From the NCBI GenBank assembly GCA_964350815.1, contig CAYGKW010000002.1:24447-88446 (forward strand): a stretch of 64,000 nucleotides of DNA, in the 5' to 3' direction. Shown piece after piece: positions 19,555 to 29,281 of this stretch (within the stretch, counting starts at the first letter, position 1; every line of letters starts with the position of its first letter). Both the position numbers and the translations under genes were made by a program. The DNA is from an uncultured Rhizobiaceae bacterium. GTDB lineage: Bacteria; Pseudomonadota; Alphaproteobacteria; UBA7879; VGCX01. The notes beneath the pieces are model-generated. The model was not told the DNA's origin and searched no databases. It saw nothing but the letters and a program-made list of their open reading frames with translations.

Positions 19555-21813
19555 ATGTTAAAGAATTATAAACATTTTTTGTGTTTGTTACTAAGCTTTA
19601 TTTTCTATAATATTTGCTATATGGCAAAAGCAATGGAATATGATGTAAAAGTAGTTCCCCACATTGCCGTTGTTCCAGACCCAGATGATGGTGGTCGTCT
19701 CAGCCACCTAGTTGGTGTTGGAGCGGCATCTAAAAGAGAAGACCCAGAGGCCGACTTAGAAAGCAGTAGACCAGCTATCAAAAGATTTCTCTCTGTAACA
19801 GAGCTTACAGCTCTTGGTGAAGAAGCGACTGATGTCACACATGAAAGTGTTAATGCTCTTAATAGAAGAATGGTTCAAGTTTTCATAGAGGACAAACCAG
19901 GGCGCGTTGCTTCAGGAGCTTCGTGGGTAGCCTCGTTTCTTGTAGGCTGGAGTGCTTGCGCAGGAATATACAATGTTGCCTCTGTTGCTGCTCTTGATAC
20001 CATACAAGGAATTCCTTCATCTTTTGGTGCTTATGGAAAAGGCTCTAATCAACCAACTAATCATTTTGTTGCTATGGCTTTGCAGACATCTTACGGATTC
20101 ATATTTCTTATTCCTGCTAATATGTATCCTGCATATGAAATGTTATCAAACATAACGGGACACGTGCGCTTAAATAGTAAGAAAAATGACATAAAAATTC
20201 TTAAGGATGATTCTTTTTGTCCAACTGCATCACAAAAACGCTGTTCTGTCTTATGGCGTTCATTGGGGAGCTCTTTTAAAACTACATTTCCTGAAAAGGA
20301 AGGAACAGCGGCAACCTATATGATGTGGGGAAAGATTTTGCTAGGAATTTATTCGGTAGCAGATACAATCCCAGAAGTTTCAGTTTTATGGAGCAACCTT
20401 GTTAGAGAAGGCAATTATCATACAAGGCCTGCGGTTCCTGGATTTTTCGTACAAAATGTTTATGAAAGATGGAGGGTTGGTCATAAAGGATTAAGGAACG
20501 TAATTGCTACTTTATTTCCTGGTGAAACTGAAGAAGGTAAAAAAGATGAATCAACTATCATAAGAAGAAGAGCTTTAGTTCAAATTTTAGAAAATGCCAG
20601 TTATAACCTCAGAAGAATGGAGGGACCAGATATTAGAGCGCTTCATAATAGAATTTGGCAAAAGGATTCTTCTTCAACAGGATCTCCCTTTTCCTCTGCA
20701 GGTGTATCTACATTTAATCCAATGGCACATCCAGAAGCAAAAGCAGCAGCAGAAAGTGCAGAAAAAAAAGATGAAGTTGCCTTTATGTCTCATTTTTTAA
20801 GATTAGGAAATGAAACGGATGAAATTGCTTTTGCCCGAGAACATGGCAAAGAAACTGTTTTAAGGTCTGCTACGCGTGTAATTGGATATGGAATTGGGCT
20901 AGTAGGAACATGGGGGGCATTTGAAATAGTTAGGCGATCTACTTCTGCATTCTTTCAAAACTTCTTTGGAGTAGATCCATATTCAGCCGATATTGCAGGA
21001 ACATCTATTGCTAGCTTTATGGGGACAACACGTGCATTTAGAAATATAAGGGCTACTGCAGAAAATTTTCTTGGATTTCATGATGCTGTGACTGGGCATT
21101 TACACCAGAGAGAAACAGCAGAATATGATGAATTTCTAAGAACAGACTTTTTACCCTGGCAAGAAGCAGCATTAAGAGCAAAGAACTATGCTGGTGCTAT
21201 TTATTTTTCATCACCCTGGATTCTGGTTTTAGAACCAATAATTAAAGATATGGACCCTGCAACAGCAGCTATTATGTTAACAACATTCTTTTTAGCAGAA
21301 CCTTCATTCAATGCTAATCAATTTAATTCGGATCTGTTTGGGTTATTTGGGGAAGCACATAGAGCAAGCTTTTGTGGGTGCAGAAATTATCACAAGTACG
21401 AACTTAATAGAAGCAAAATGTTAGAAGTAATTAATAGATCAAGAGATATTGTGAAACATCTTCCTGATAGCCATGTCAGAGAACTTTTTGAGGATATGGT
21501 TCAAAATGATACAAAGATAACTGAAGCAACAGTAGTTGCTGTAAGAAGAAGAGTTGAGGCAGATTATAGAAAACCCTCTATGCTTGATCGTGTAAAAGCT
21601 TCTTTGGGATGTTGTTGTTGTGTTCGTAAGTCGGATGATGACACAACATCTGGTCCTATAGTCCTGCCCACAGCTTTAGAAGCAGGTGGTTCACCCGTTA
21701 TTCATGGAATTGGTGTTATAGAAAGGCATCTCGAAACAGAAGTAGCTGTTGATGAAACAGCGGGCAGCTCCATATGGAATTGTTTTGGATGTTTTTCAAG
21801 TAGAAGACGTTAG
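19555..21813 (+). CDS. Hypothetical secreted/membrane protein with Cys clusters (candidate effector)
   Basis: GAGGA RBS, signal-peptide-like N-terminus, hydrophobic helices, LGCCCCVRK and C-terminal WNCFGCFSSRRR. Confidence 0.75.
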   Translation: MLKNYKHFLCLLLSFIFYNICYMAKAMEYDVKVVPHIAVVPDPDDGGRLSHLVGVGAASKREDPEADLESSRPAIKRFLSVTELTALGEEATDVTHESVNALNRRMVQVFIEDKPGRVASGASWVASFLVGWSACAGIYNVASVAALDTIQGIPSSFGAYGKGSNQPTNHFVAMALQTSYGFIFLIPANMYPAYEMLSNITGHVRLNSKKNDIKILKDDSFCPTASQKRCSVLWRSLGSSFKTTFPEKEGTAATYMMWGKILLGIYSVADTIPEVSVLWSNLVREGNYHTRPAVPGFFVQNVYERWRVGHKGLRNVIATLFPGETEEGKKDESTIIRRRALVQILENASYNLRRMEGPDIRALHNRIWQKDSSSTGSPFSSAGVSTFNPMAHPEAKAAAESAEKKDEVAFMSHFLRLGNETDEIAFAREHGKETVLRSATRVIGYGIGLVGTWGAFEIVRRSTSAFFQNFFGVDPYSADIAGTSIASFMGTTRAFRNIRATAENFLGFHDAVTGHLHQRETAEYDEFLRTDFLPWQEAALRAKNYAGAIYFSSPWILVLEPIIKDMDPATAAIMLTTFFLAEPSFNANQFNSDLFGLFGEAHRASFCGCRNYHKYELNRSKMLEVINRSRDIVKHLPDSHVRELFEDMVQNDTKITEATVVAVRRRVEADYRKPSMLDRVKASLGCCCCVRKSDDDTTSGPIVLPTALEAGGSPVIHGIGVIERHLETEVAVDETAGSSIWNCFGCFSSRRR

Positions 21814-21823
21814 TTATTTAGTA

Positions 21824-22900
21824 TTATTCATCCCCCCCCTTCTTGAAAAGAAATTTGAAAAATCGATCAAGATTTGGTGCAATAATAGGTTTTAAAGGTC
21901 TAACAATAAATCTGGAAGAAAGTCCAACCATCATTAGACATGTGAAGGCGAAAAGAATTATATACCACCACCATTCGCTTGGTTGATGGGAATATATTTT
22001 AATCCCCTTATCAAGAATAAAATAAATTAAAAAGATGTGTAGTAGGTAGGGGTACATAGTATTATTACCATATTTAGTAAAGAAAGTTTCTAACTTTGGT
22101 ACTAATATGAAAAAGCAAAAACATAAAATTAATGTTAATATTCTATATGTAATATCAATAATTATTCCTTTAAAAAGAGAGTATTTTTGGGCAATGAGCC
22201 GTATGCCAATTATATATCCTTCATCGTCTCCTTCAGGTAAAACTTCATTAAAATCTACTTTGAAATGGTATAAACTTATAAAAATAGTTAGAAAAAAAAT
22301 AGCTGCCAGAAATCTATGAAAAAATTTAAAATTAAATTGTGAGAGATCTAAGCTATTTGTTTTAAATATCATACCTATTATGTAGTATGGAAGGTATTTT
22401 ATTAAGTTAACCCCTCCCCATTGCAATCCATTATATTCAAAATGTGGGGTGAAACTTACTAAGAGGATAAGCACAAGAGCTATATATAAATTAAGTCTAT
22501 ATATAAACGGGGCAAGAAACTTAAAAGCAATGATAACTCCTAAAAACCATAAAATATAAAAAGGTTCTGTGAAAAGTTCTGTAGGATTCAAATCAGAGGG
22601 GGTAACTATTTTTAAAATAACATCAAAAATAATTAGCGGAATAAGAAATCTTTCCACTATAGATTTAACATAGTCTGTACTGACATCTTTTTTAAAGAAG
22701 TAACCAGATATAATAAAAATAGATGGCATAATAAAAAGTTGGATAAGAGCGGATAATGCTATAAAAAAATCATTTCTAGTTAAAGGATTAAGATAAACTC
22801 CTTTTGCAGTCTCCCCTCTGTCAGGCGATATAACATGCACTAAAAGTACTAAAAAAACAATTAAAAATCGCGCATTATCATAATAATAGTTTCTTTTCAT
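21824..22900 (-). CDS. Acyltransferase family 3 (OafA-like) membrane O-acyltransferase
   Basis: Start ATG 22900 (MKRNYYYDNARFLIVFLVLLVH), FIMPSIFIISGYF, LWFL, GNNTMYPYLLH; TAATG overlap with upstream ORF. Confidence 0.88.
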   Translation of the reverse strand: MKRNYYYDNARFLIVFLVLLVHVISPDRGETAKGVYLNPLTRNDFFIALSALIQLFIMPSIFIISGYFFKKDVSTDYVKSIVERFLIPLIIFDVILKIVTPSDLNPTELFTEPFYILWFLGVIIAFKFLAPFIYRLNLYIALVLILLVSFTPHFEYNGLQWGGVNLIKYLPYYIIGMIFKTNSLDLSQFNFKFFHRFLAAIFFLTIFISLYHFKVDFNEVLPEGDDEGYIIGIRLIAQKYSLFKGIIIDITYRILTLILCFCFFILVPKLETFFTKYGNNTMYPYLLHIFLIYFILDKGIKIYSHQPSEWWWYIILFAFTCLMMVGLSSRFIVRPLKPIIAPNLDRFFKFLFKKGGDE

Positions 22901-23241
22901 TATACCTCTCTGTTTATGGAGGTGGATGAGAGTTCTTTTACTGATTGTCTTCTTGCTGCAGCAAAGCCCATTATATAACTTGTCCAAATTAAGGAACTTA
23001 ATAATAAAAATATTAATAATATTATTTGTGTATTTGTATTAGACTTTGAAATTTTTGAAGGTTTATTTTTTGATAAACTATCTTCAATATTTAATACCCA
23101 TATTAAAGATATAAATATAACGATTACATGCCCGTTGATAACCCATCCACTTGCAGTTTCTAGGTCCATTGGAAAATACATTATTGTAGCAGACACATAA
23201 ATTATTAAAAGAAATAGTAATATTGGATTTTTTAAAGCCAT
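22900..23241 (-). CDS. Small membrane protein (about 3 TM), translationally coupled to the acyltransferase
   Basis: 113 aa hydrophobic ORF; its stop overlaps the next start (TAATG). Confidence 0.6.
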   Translation of the reverse strand: MALKNPILLFLLIIYVSATIMYFPMDLETASGWVINGHVIVIFISLIWVLNIEDSLSKNKPSKISKSNTNTQIILLIFLLLSSLIWTSYIMGFAAARRQSVKELSSTSINREV

Positions 23242-23349
23242 TAATATCCTGTTTTTTTATCAAGTATACTTACATATATAAAAGAAGCAAATGTTTTATC
23301 AAAGTTTGTCTCAGTTCCTGTAGGGGTTGTTAAGGCTGGAAGTACAGCT

Positions 23350-23727
23350 ATGACAGCAAAAGAATATGCATTAAGAATATATGATGGTTTTACAGGTCAA
23401 AATCACTATAGAGCTTCTGGGGAATTTAATCCTTTTTTTACAGATATTATTTATGGTCAAAACGAAGGTTGGGTTTTAGGAGTTAATTATCTTGAAGGGG
23501 TTTACTGGGATGGGCTTTTATTTGGTGCGTTGGGGGCTGCTACCTTTGACCAAATAGGTATTCCTATGCCCACAGGGCTTTCTTTAATTATTCCTACAAT
23601 ATTAGCTCAAGGAGCTTTTGCAGCAGCAGAACAAGCGGATGACATACAAACAGCAGCACATGCTTTACAAAGATTTCGTGTGACAAAAGGCTGCACTTCT
23701 TGTTGTGTAATGCCCCCGGTTAGTTAA
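23350..23727 (+). pseudogene. Fragment of a hypothetical gene, 3' end replaced by IS terminus
   Basis: Frame also open upstream of the ATG; last codons (VMPPVS*) derive from the IS end beginning at 23706. Confidence 0.5.
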
Positions 23728-24250
23728 GAAGCAGTAAGAGAGTATTTTGTGTAAATTGGGCAGGTGTTTTGTAGCCTAGGGCCATATGGGGATAATCGTT
23801 ATTATAAGCATTGACCCATCGTTTAAATTTATTTTCAAAATCATGAGGATTATCCCAATCATAAGGCCATACGATATCTTCTTTAATGGTTTTTATCAAT
23901 CTTTACGTATCAGCATTGCCTTTGGGGTTGTTAAATCCGGTGAATATTTGATTAATACCTAAAAGGTATCACAGGCCTGTTTAAAAGCTTTAGCCATCAG
24001 CTGGTAGCCATTGTCGGTAATTAGATTGGGTTTATGATCAGTGCTATGAATCCTGCCGGTAAACCGTTTATTAACCGCTTGGTCCAGAGCCTCTAACCAA
24101 TCGTTTGTCATGGAGGTAAAGTTTAACTGCCATCCAATGATTTCCTTATTCTATCAATTCTTCACAACATAAAGATACCGCCATTCGTTATTAAGCTTAA
24201 TCTTCGTCATATTCATGCCCCAGTATTGATTTAAGCGGTTGGCTTGGGAT
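23706..24250 (-). mobile_element. Degenerate IS3-family element (orfB/rve remnant with one terminal IR)
   Basis: Minus strand: NQYWGMNMTKI...KEIIGW...LITDNG...(frameshift) LGINQIFTGFNNPKGNADT*RLIKTIKE...YNNDYPHMALGYKTPAQF; end TGTAATGCCCCCGG at 23706. Confidence 0.88.
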
Positions 24251-24332
24251 TCCAGAACGTTTTTTAAGAATCATTGAGGCTGGATTACAGTATCAGGTTG
24301 ATATATAGTTTTAAGAAAACAAGGATAGCAGC

Positions 24333-25103
24333 ATGGTATGTTCAGACTTTTATGATTTCAAAGGAAAAACAGTATTAATTACAGGGGCATCAAGTGGCCT
24401 TGGTGAAAGGTTTGCAACGATTTTATCGAGCGCTGGGGCAAAAGTAATATTGGCAGCAAGAAGAAAAGATAAACTTGATTATATAGTGAAAGTTCTCAAA
24501 AATTCTATGGTTCTTCCTATGGACGTTTCAGACCCTAATTCTGTAAAAGAAGCCTTTGAAAAGATAAATAAAGAAAATGAACAAGTTGATATTTGTATTA
24601 ATGCTGCAGGGGTTGCAAAGTTAGGTTATGTCTTTGCAGAAAAGGAAGAAGACATTTTCAATGAAACATATAATGTAAACGTAAAGGGTTTGTGGCTTGT
24701 GACAAAGGCAGCAGCAAATCATATGAAAGACAATAAAATACAAGGATCAATTATCAATATAGGAAGTGTCAGTGGAGATGCCGTGCCTGCAATTGGTGGG
24801 ACGGCTTATTGTTCTGCAAAAGCAAGCGTTCACCAATTAACAAAAACACTTGTTGGAGAGCTTTCTCCTTATAAAATTAGAATAAATACATTAAGTACGT
24901 GGATGATTCCGACGCCTATGACAGAAGGTTTTTTGGCAGACGGAAAAGATAAAATAGAAAAAATGACCCCTTTAGGGCTTGCAAAAATCAGTGATCTTGA
25001 TGCAGCAATCTTATTTTTAGCTTCAAATGAGGCATCAAGATATGTGACAGGTTCTTGTTTGACCGTTGATGGTGGTGTATCTTGGGGTGGGTCTTTAGAT
25101 TAA
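24333..25103 (+). CDS. Short-chain dehydrogenase/reductase (FabG-like)
   Basis: TGASSGLG, INAAG, YCSAK (YxxxK), YVTGSCLTVDGG. Confidence 0.92.
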   Translation: MVCSDFYDFKGKTVLITGASSGLGERFATILSSAGAKVILAARRKDKLDYIVKVLKNSMVLPMDVSDPNSVKEAFEKINKENEQVDICINAAGVAKLGYVFAEKEEDIFNETYNVNVKGLWLVTKAAANHMKDNKIQGSIINIGSVSGDAVPAIGGTAYCSAKASVHQLTKTLVGELSPYKIRINTLSTWMIPTPMTEGFLADGKDKIEKMTPLGLAKISDLDAAILFLASNEASRYVTGSCLTVDGGVSWGGSLD

Positions 25104-25528
25104 GCCGTTTTGTGTTTTGGCTGATGCAGGACCGGCCAGGCATCATCCATATCTTTAATTCGGGCATGAATTTTATCGACTGTCAGTCTGATTTGGGCAT
25201 CTGTTGCAAACACCAAATGAATGTGGGGCTCGTCATATTGAATGGCTAAAAGTTCAAGGCTGTGATTTTGATCTTCATAACGTGTAAATCCACGATATTC
25301 AACCTTGGTTACGTCTTGAAAAACCACCCCCGAATGCAAACGTTGGGGTTTTTCTTTTTTATCTTCACTTAATTCCCAGCGAAATCGATTGGCAAAAATA
25401 CGGAATGTATTATCGTCTTTACAAAAGTCCAAACCTTTTAAAGGGATGATGGCATCTTGTAAGAAGGCGGAAAAAACTTCCAAGTCCTCTTTATCTGTTG
25501 CCAGAATTTTTAATAGCTTTGTATCCAT
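25100..25528 (-). CDS. DUF2948 family protein
   Basis: LKILATDKEDLEVFSAFLQDA, NRFRWE; downstream of murA. Confidence 0.85.
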   Translation of the reverse strand: MDTKLLKILATDKEDLEVFSAFLQDAIIPLKGLDFCKDDNTFRIFANRFRWELSEDKKEKPQRLHSGVVFQDVTKVEYRGFTRYEDQNHSLELLAIQYDEPHIHLVFATDAQIRLTVDKIHARIKDMDDAWPVLHQPKHKTA

Positions 25529-25611
25529 TTTTTGCCTCAACTGTTATTATAGTTATAATTATAATCCCTAAAAGATGCAGTTGCAAATAAGAATTCTGCT
25601 TTCCTTATTTT

Positions 25612-26892
25612 TTAGTGTGCACGCTCAACTAACGCGCCGCATTCAGATAGTTTGGTTTCAATATGTTCATAGCCGCGATCTAAATGGTAAATACGGTGTA
25701 CAGCAGTTTCCCCTTTTGCAGCCAATCCCGCCAAAACAAGAGAGGCCGAGGCGCGCAAATCTGTTGCCATAACATCAGCCCCAATTAATTCTTTCACCCC
25801 TTTAATGGTTGCAACAGGCCCATTAATATGAATATCTGCACCCATACGAAGTAATTCTGCAATATGCATAAATCGGTTTTCAAATATGTTTTCTGTGATA
25901 TCACACTCTCCCTCAGCCGTTGCCATCATGGCCATATATTGCGCTTGAAGGTCTGTTGGAAAGTCAGGATAGGGGTTTGTGCTTATGCTAACTGATTTTA
26001 AGGGTTTATTGACATCCTTACGACGCACCATAAAGCCCTGGTCTTTTTCGATGAATTCTAAGCCTGTCTCTTTTAACAGGTCAATAACTGTTGGCAACAA
26101 GGCAAGGTTGCCATTGGTGATTTCTACTTCTCCATTGGTAATGCCTGCCGCCATAATATAGGTGCCCATTTCAATTCGATCTGGAACAATATCATGGGTT
26201 GCCCCAGAAAGACTGTCGACACCATAGATGGTTATAGTTTCCGTGCCGGCCCCTTCGATCTTTGCCCCCATTTTAATTAATAGTTCAGACAAATCAATAA
26301 TTTCTGGTTCTTTTGCCGCGTTAATAAGGCGGGTTTTTCCCTTTGCCAAACAGGCTGCCATCATAATATTTTCAGTACCTGTAACAGAGATAACAGGGAA
26401 TTCATAGTCATTGCCAACCAGGCCATCTTTTGCAATTAAATGGGCATATCCTTCTTCTAAAGTGACTTTTGCCCCTAAAGCTTCTAAACCCTTTAAGTGT
26501 AAATCAATTGGCCTTGTCCCAATTGCGCACCCACCTGGCATAGAAACATAGGTTTCTTTATGCTTTGCCAATAGGGGGCCCATAACCAAGATGGATGCCC
26601 GCATTTTACGGACAAGATCATAAGTTGCCTTGGTTTCAATGGTATCATTTGATTTTAAACTTAATGTATGTCCAATGCCCTGATTAATGCCATTCATGGA
26701 AATTTCCATGCCCATATGCATTAATAGGTTAGCCATCGTTGTTATGTCAGCTAGGTGCGGAACATTTTTCAAGGTAACAGTTTCGTTTGACAGCAAGCTT
26801 GCAGCCATCAAAGGAAGGGCTGCATTTTTTGCCCCACTTATTTGGATTTTTCCTTTAAGGGCAGGGCCCCCAATAATTTTCAATTTATCCAT
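25612..26892 (-). CDS. murA: UDP-N-acetylglucosamine 1-carboxyvinyltransferase
   Basis: GAKNAALP, PGGCAIGTRPIDLH, FPTDLQAQ, ATDLRASA, HLDRGYE. Confidence 0.97.
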   Translation of the reverse strand: MDKLKIIGGPALKGKIQISGAKNAALPLMAASLLSNETVTLKNVPHLADITTMANLLMHMGMEISMNGINQGIGHTLSLKSNDTIETKATYDLVRKMRASILVMGPLLAKHKETYVSMPGGCAIGTRPIDLHLKGLEALGAKVTLEEGYAHLIAKDGLVGNDYEFPVISVTGTENIMMAACLAKGKTRLINAAKEPEIIDLSELLIKMGAKIEGAGTETITIYGVDSLSGATHDIVPDRIEMGTYIMAAGITNGEVEITNGNLALLPTVIDLLKETGLEFIEKDQGFMVRRKDVNKPLKSVSISTNPYPDFPTDLQAQYMAMMATAEGECDITENIFENRFMHIAELLRMGADIHINGPVATIKGVKELIGADVMATDLRASASLVLAGLAAKGETAVHRIYHLDRGYEHIETKLSECGALVERAH

Positions 26893-26900
26893 AGTGTTTA

Positions 26901-27461
26901 TTATTTCTTAAGAATTTTAGGAAGGGTCACACCCCTTTGTCCCATGTATTTACCAGCCCTGTCTTTATAAGAAGTTTCACACTCGGATTCTCCTCTATAA
27001 AACAAGAATTGGCAAATCCCTTCATTTGCATATATTTTTGCAGGCAGTGGGGTTGTGTTGGAAAATTCCAAAGTGACGTGGCCTTCCCATTCTGGTTCCA
27101 AAGGCGTTACGTTAACAATAACACCACATCTGGCATACGTTGATTTTCCAAGACAGATAACTAAAACATCCCGCGGAATTCTGAAATATTCAACCGTTCT
27201 GCCCAATGCAAAACTGTTAGGGGGTAAAATGCAAACATCTGTATCGCGATTAACAAAAGAAGATTCTTGAAAGTTTTTTGGGTCGATAATGGCGCTATCA
27301 ACATTTGTAAAAACTTTAAATTCAGGTGCAACCCGTGCATCGTAACCATAAGATGACACCCCATAAGAAATTTGACCGGCAGCCACTTGCTTTTCTTCGT
27401 AAGGTTCAATCATCCCTTTTGTGGCTTGTTCACGGATCCAGTGATCAGGTAATATTCCCAT
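26901..27461 (-). CDS. dcd: dCTP deaminase
   Basis: [40 protein letters not shown]. Confidence 0.95.
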   Translation of the reverse strand: MGILPDHWIREQATKGMIEPYEEKQVAAGQISYGVSSYGYDARVAPEFKVFTNVDSAIIDPKNFQESSFVNRDTDVCILPPNSFALGRTVEYFRIPRDVLVICLGKSTYARCGVIVNVTPLEPEWEGHVTLEFSNTTPLPAKIYANEGICQFLFYRGESECETSYKDRAGKYMGQRGVTLPKILKK

Positions 27462-27463
27462 TT

Positions 27464-27601
27464 TTAATCCTTTTTTTCTTTTTCAGGTTGCTGTTTCTTT
27501 TTTGCTTTTTGCTGTTCTTTGCGCTTACGTAAGTTTTCACGTAGCGCTGCAGCCAGTTTATCATGATTTTTTTTCATGTATGAATTTTTATTTTCGGTCA
27601 T
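27464..27601 (-). CDS. Small basic alphaproteobacterial protein (45 aa), missed by ORF track
   Basis: [45 protein letters not shown]; [13 protein letters not shown] motif; stop 2 nt before dcd start. Confidence 0.7.
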   Translation of the reverse strand: MTENKNSYMKKNHDKLAAALRENLRKRKEQQKAKKKQQPEKEKKD

Positions 27602-27686
27602 TTGATACAATTTTTTAAAATCATATATTTTTCATCAAAACCTTGCAAGCACAAAGACATTATGGCATGTTTTTGAGGTCTTCTAC

Positions 27687-27761
27687 GCCGTCGTAGCTCA
27701 GTGGTAGAGCGCACCCTTGGTAAGGGTGAGGTCGAGAGTTCGATTCTCCTCGACGGCACCA
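27687..27761 (+). tRNA. tRNA-Thr(GGT)
   Basis: Acceptor GCCGTCG/CGACGGC, D arm GCTC/GAGC, anticodon arm CACCC-TTGGTAA-GGGTG, TTCGATT loop, encoded CCA. Confidence 0.97.
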
Positions 27762-27930
27762 TCCAAAAATACTTTGTTTAAGGGCCGTATAAAATCTAAG
27801 TTTAAGACATGTTGTATTTTCACCACAATAAAGTGTAAAGTGGTTGCTGCTGGGGTAAACAGATATGGCAATGAATTTTTATTCATGCTAAGTGTTGCAT
27901 TAAGATTTTAATTTTGACGGAGGAAAATAA

Positions 27931-28557
27931 ATGAAAAAGATTTTATTAAGTGTTGCGACAGCAGCAGTACTTGCAGGAACAGCAAGTGCACATGTTTTTG
28001 AAGGACCATATGTTGGTGCGCAGGTTGGATATTCCCATAATTCAACTGATATGAAAATTAAAGAAGGAAATGGTTTAGCAACTGATGTGAAAAGAAAGCA
28101 TCATGCTTCTAGTGCAACTTTCACAGTTTTGGCAGGTTATGCTGGTCTTTGGAATGCAAATCATGTATACGGCGCTGAATTGCGTGGTGGATATGACACA
28201 TTCAATAATAAAAAAGCTGGTGACAGATTGACTATGGACTGGACAGTTGGTGGACGTCTTCGTTATGGATATATTCTTGACAAAGAATGGATGCCATTCA
28301 TTTCCTTAGGTGTTGATCACTCCCATGGTGAATATAAATACACACGTGGAAGTGAAACATTGCACGATAACTTCCGTGTATGGGAAGTTGTACCAGGTGT
28401 AGGTGTTGAATGGTCACTAACTGAAAAAGTTAACTTCCGTGCAGATTATGAATTTGCTTTCGCAGTTAACGATAATGGTTTGAACAGTGAAAAAGCAGAA
28501 GTTCACTATGGCCCACACAAGCATAATGTTCGTGTTGGTGTTGTTTGGAACTTCTAA
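27931..28557 (+). CDS. Outer membrane beta-barrel protein (Omp25/OmpA-like porin family)
   Basis: GGAGG RBS, signal peptide, FEGPYVGAQVGY, C-terminal VRVGVVWNF. Confidence 0.88.
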   Translation: MKKILLSVATAAVLAGTASAHVFEGPYVGAQVGYSHNSTDMKIKEGNGLATDVKRKHHASSATFTVLAGYAGLWNANHVYGAELRGGYDTFNNKKAGDRLTMDWTVGGRLRYGYILDKEWMPFISLGVDHSHGEYKYTRGSETLHDNFRVWEVVPGVGVEWSLTEKVNFRADYEFAFAVNDNGLNSEKAEVHYGPHKHNVRVGVVWNF

Positions 28558-28615
28558 TTGGTCAAGCAAACGGGCACATAATTAAGTGCCTATAATTTAA
28601 ACTATGGAGAAAAAA

Positions 28616-29230
28616 ATGAAAAAAACTCTTTTACTAGCTGCAACAGCAGCAACTGTTTTGGCTGCTTCAGCTGAAGCACGTAAATTTGACGGGCCTTATG
28701 TCGGTTTGGCATATGGATACGGAAGCAACAGCTTAAAAATGAATGTTAGTGGCACGAACCCTTCACAAAATACGCATAAAGGTGGTGCATCCACTTTGCA
28801 TGCATTGCTAGGTTGGGGTAAATTTATGTGCGAAAACTACTACGGCCTTGAAGTTCGTGGTGGATATGACTTCTTTAAGAAAAAGAAAGGCAGCGATAAA
28901 TTAAGTGCTGGTTGGACTTATGGCTTGGGTGCACGCGTAGGTCGCGTATTCAACAATGACTGGCTAACTTTCTTCCGTTTTGGGGTTGATCGCACTGAAT
29001 ACGAATTCAAGTATACACATTCAGGAATTTCATATAAAGACAACATGCGCACGTGGTCTGTTGTACCAGGTATTGGTGTTGAATATGCCTTTAATGAAAT
29101 GTTTAATGTTGGTCTTGCCTATGAATATTCAATTGGCTTTAATCAACAAGGAAACAAAGGTTCTGATTACAAAGTGTCTAAGTTGCCTCGCAACCATCAT
29201 GCACGTGTATCATTTACTGTTGTATTCTAA
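28616..29230 (+). CDS. Outer membrane beta-barrel protein, tandem paralog
   Basis: GGAG RBS, signal peptide, FDGPYVGLAYGY, shared ELRGGYD/EVRGGYD and VVPGxGVE, terminal Phe. Confidence 0.88.
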   Translation: MKKTLLLAATAATVLAASAEARKFDGPYVGLAYGYGSNSLKMNVSGTNPSQNTHKGGASTLHALLGWGKFMCENYYGLEVRGGYDFFKKKKGSDKLSAGWTYGLGARVGRVFNNDWLTFFRFGVDRTEYEFKYTHSGISYKDNMRTWSVVPGIGVEYAFNEMFNVGLAYEYSIGFNQQGNKGSDYKVSKLPRNHHARVSFTVVF

Positions 29231-29249
29231 TAAATACAAAAGACAAAAT

Positions 29250-29281
29250 AAAAAAGCCGGGAAAATTTCCCGGCTTTTTTT
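29250..29281 (+). terminator. Intrinsic (bidirectional-type) terminator
   Basis: AAAAAAGCCGGGAAA-A-TTTCCCGGCTTTTTT. Confidence 0.85.

Noticed and set aside
23701-23727. CCVM, resembling a CaaX prenylation box
   Set aside because: Not terminal (followed by PPVS), and VM comes from the IS end
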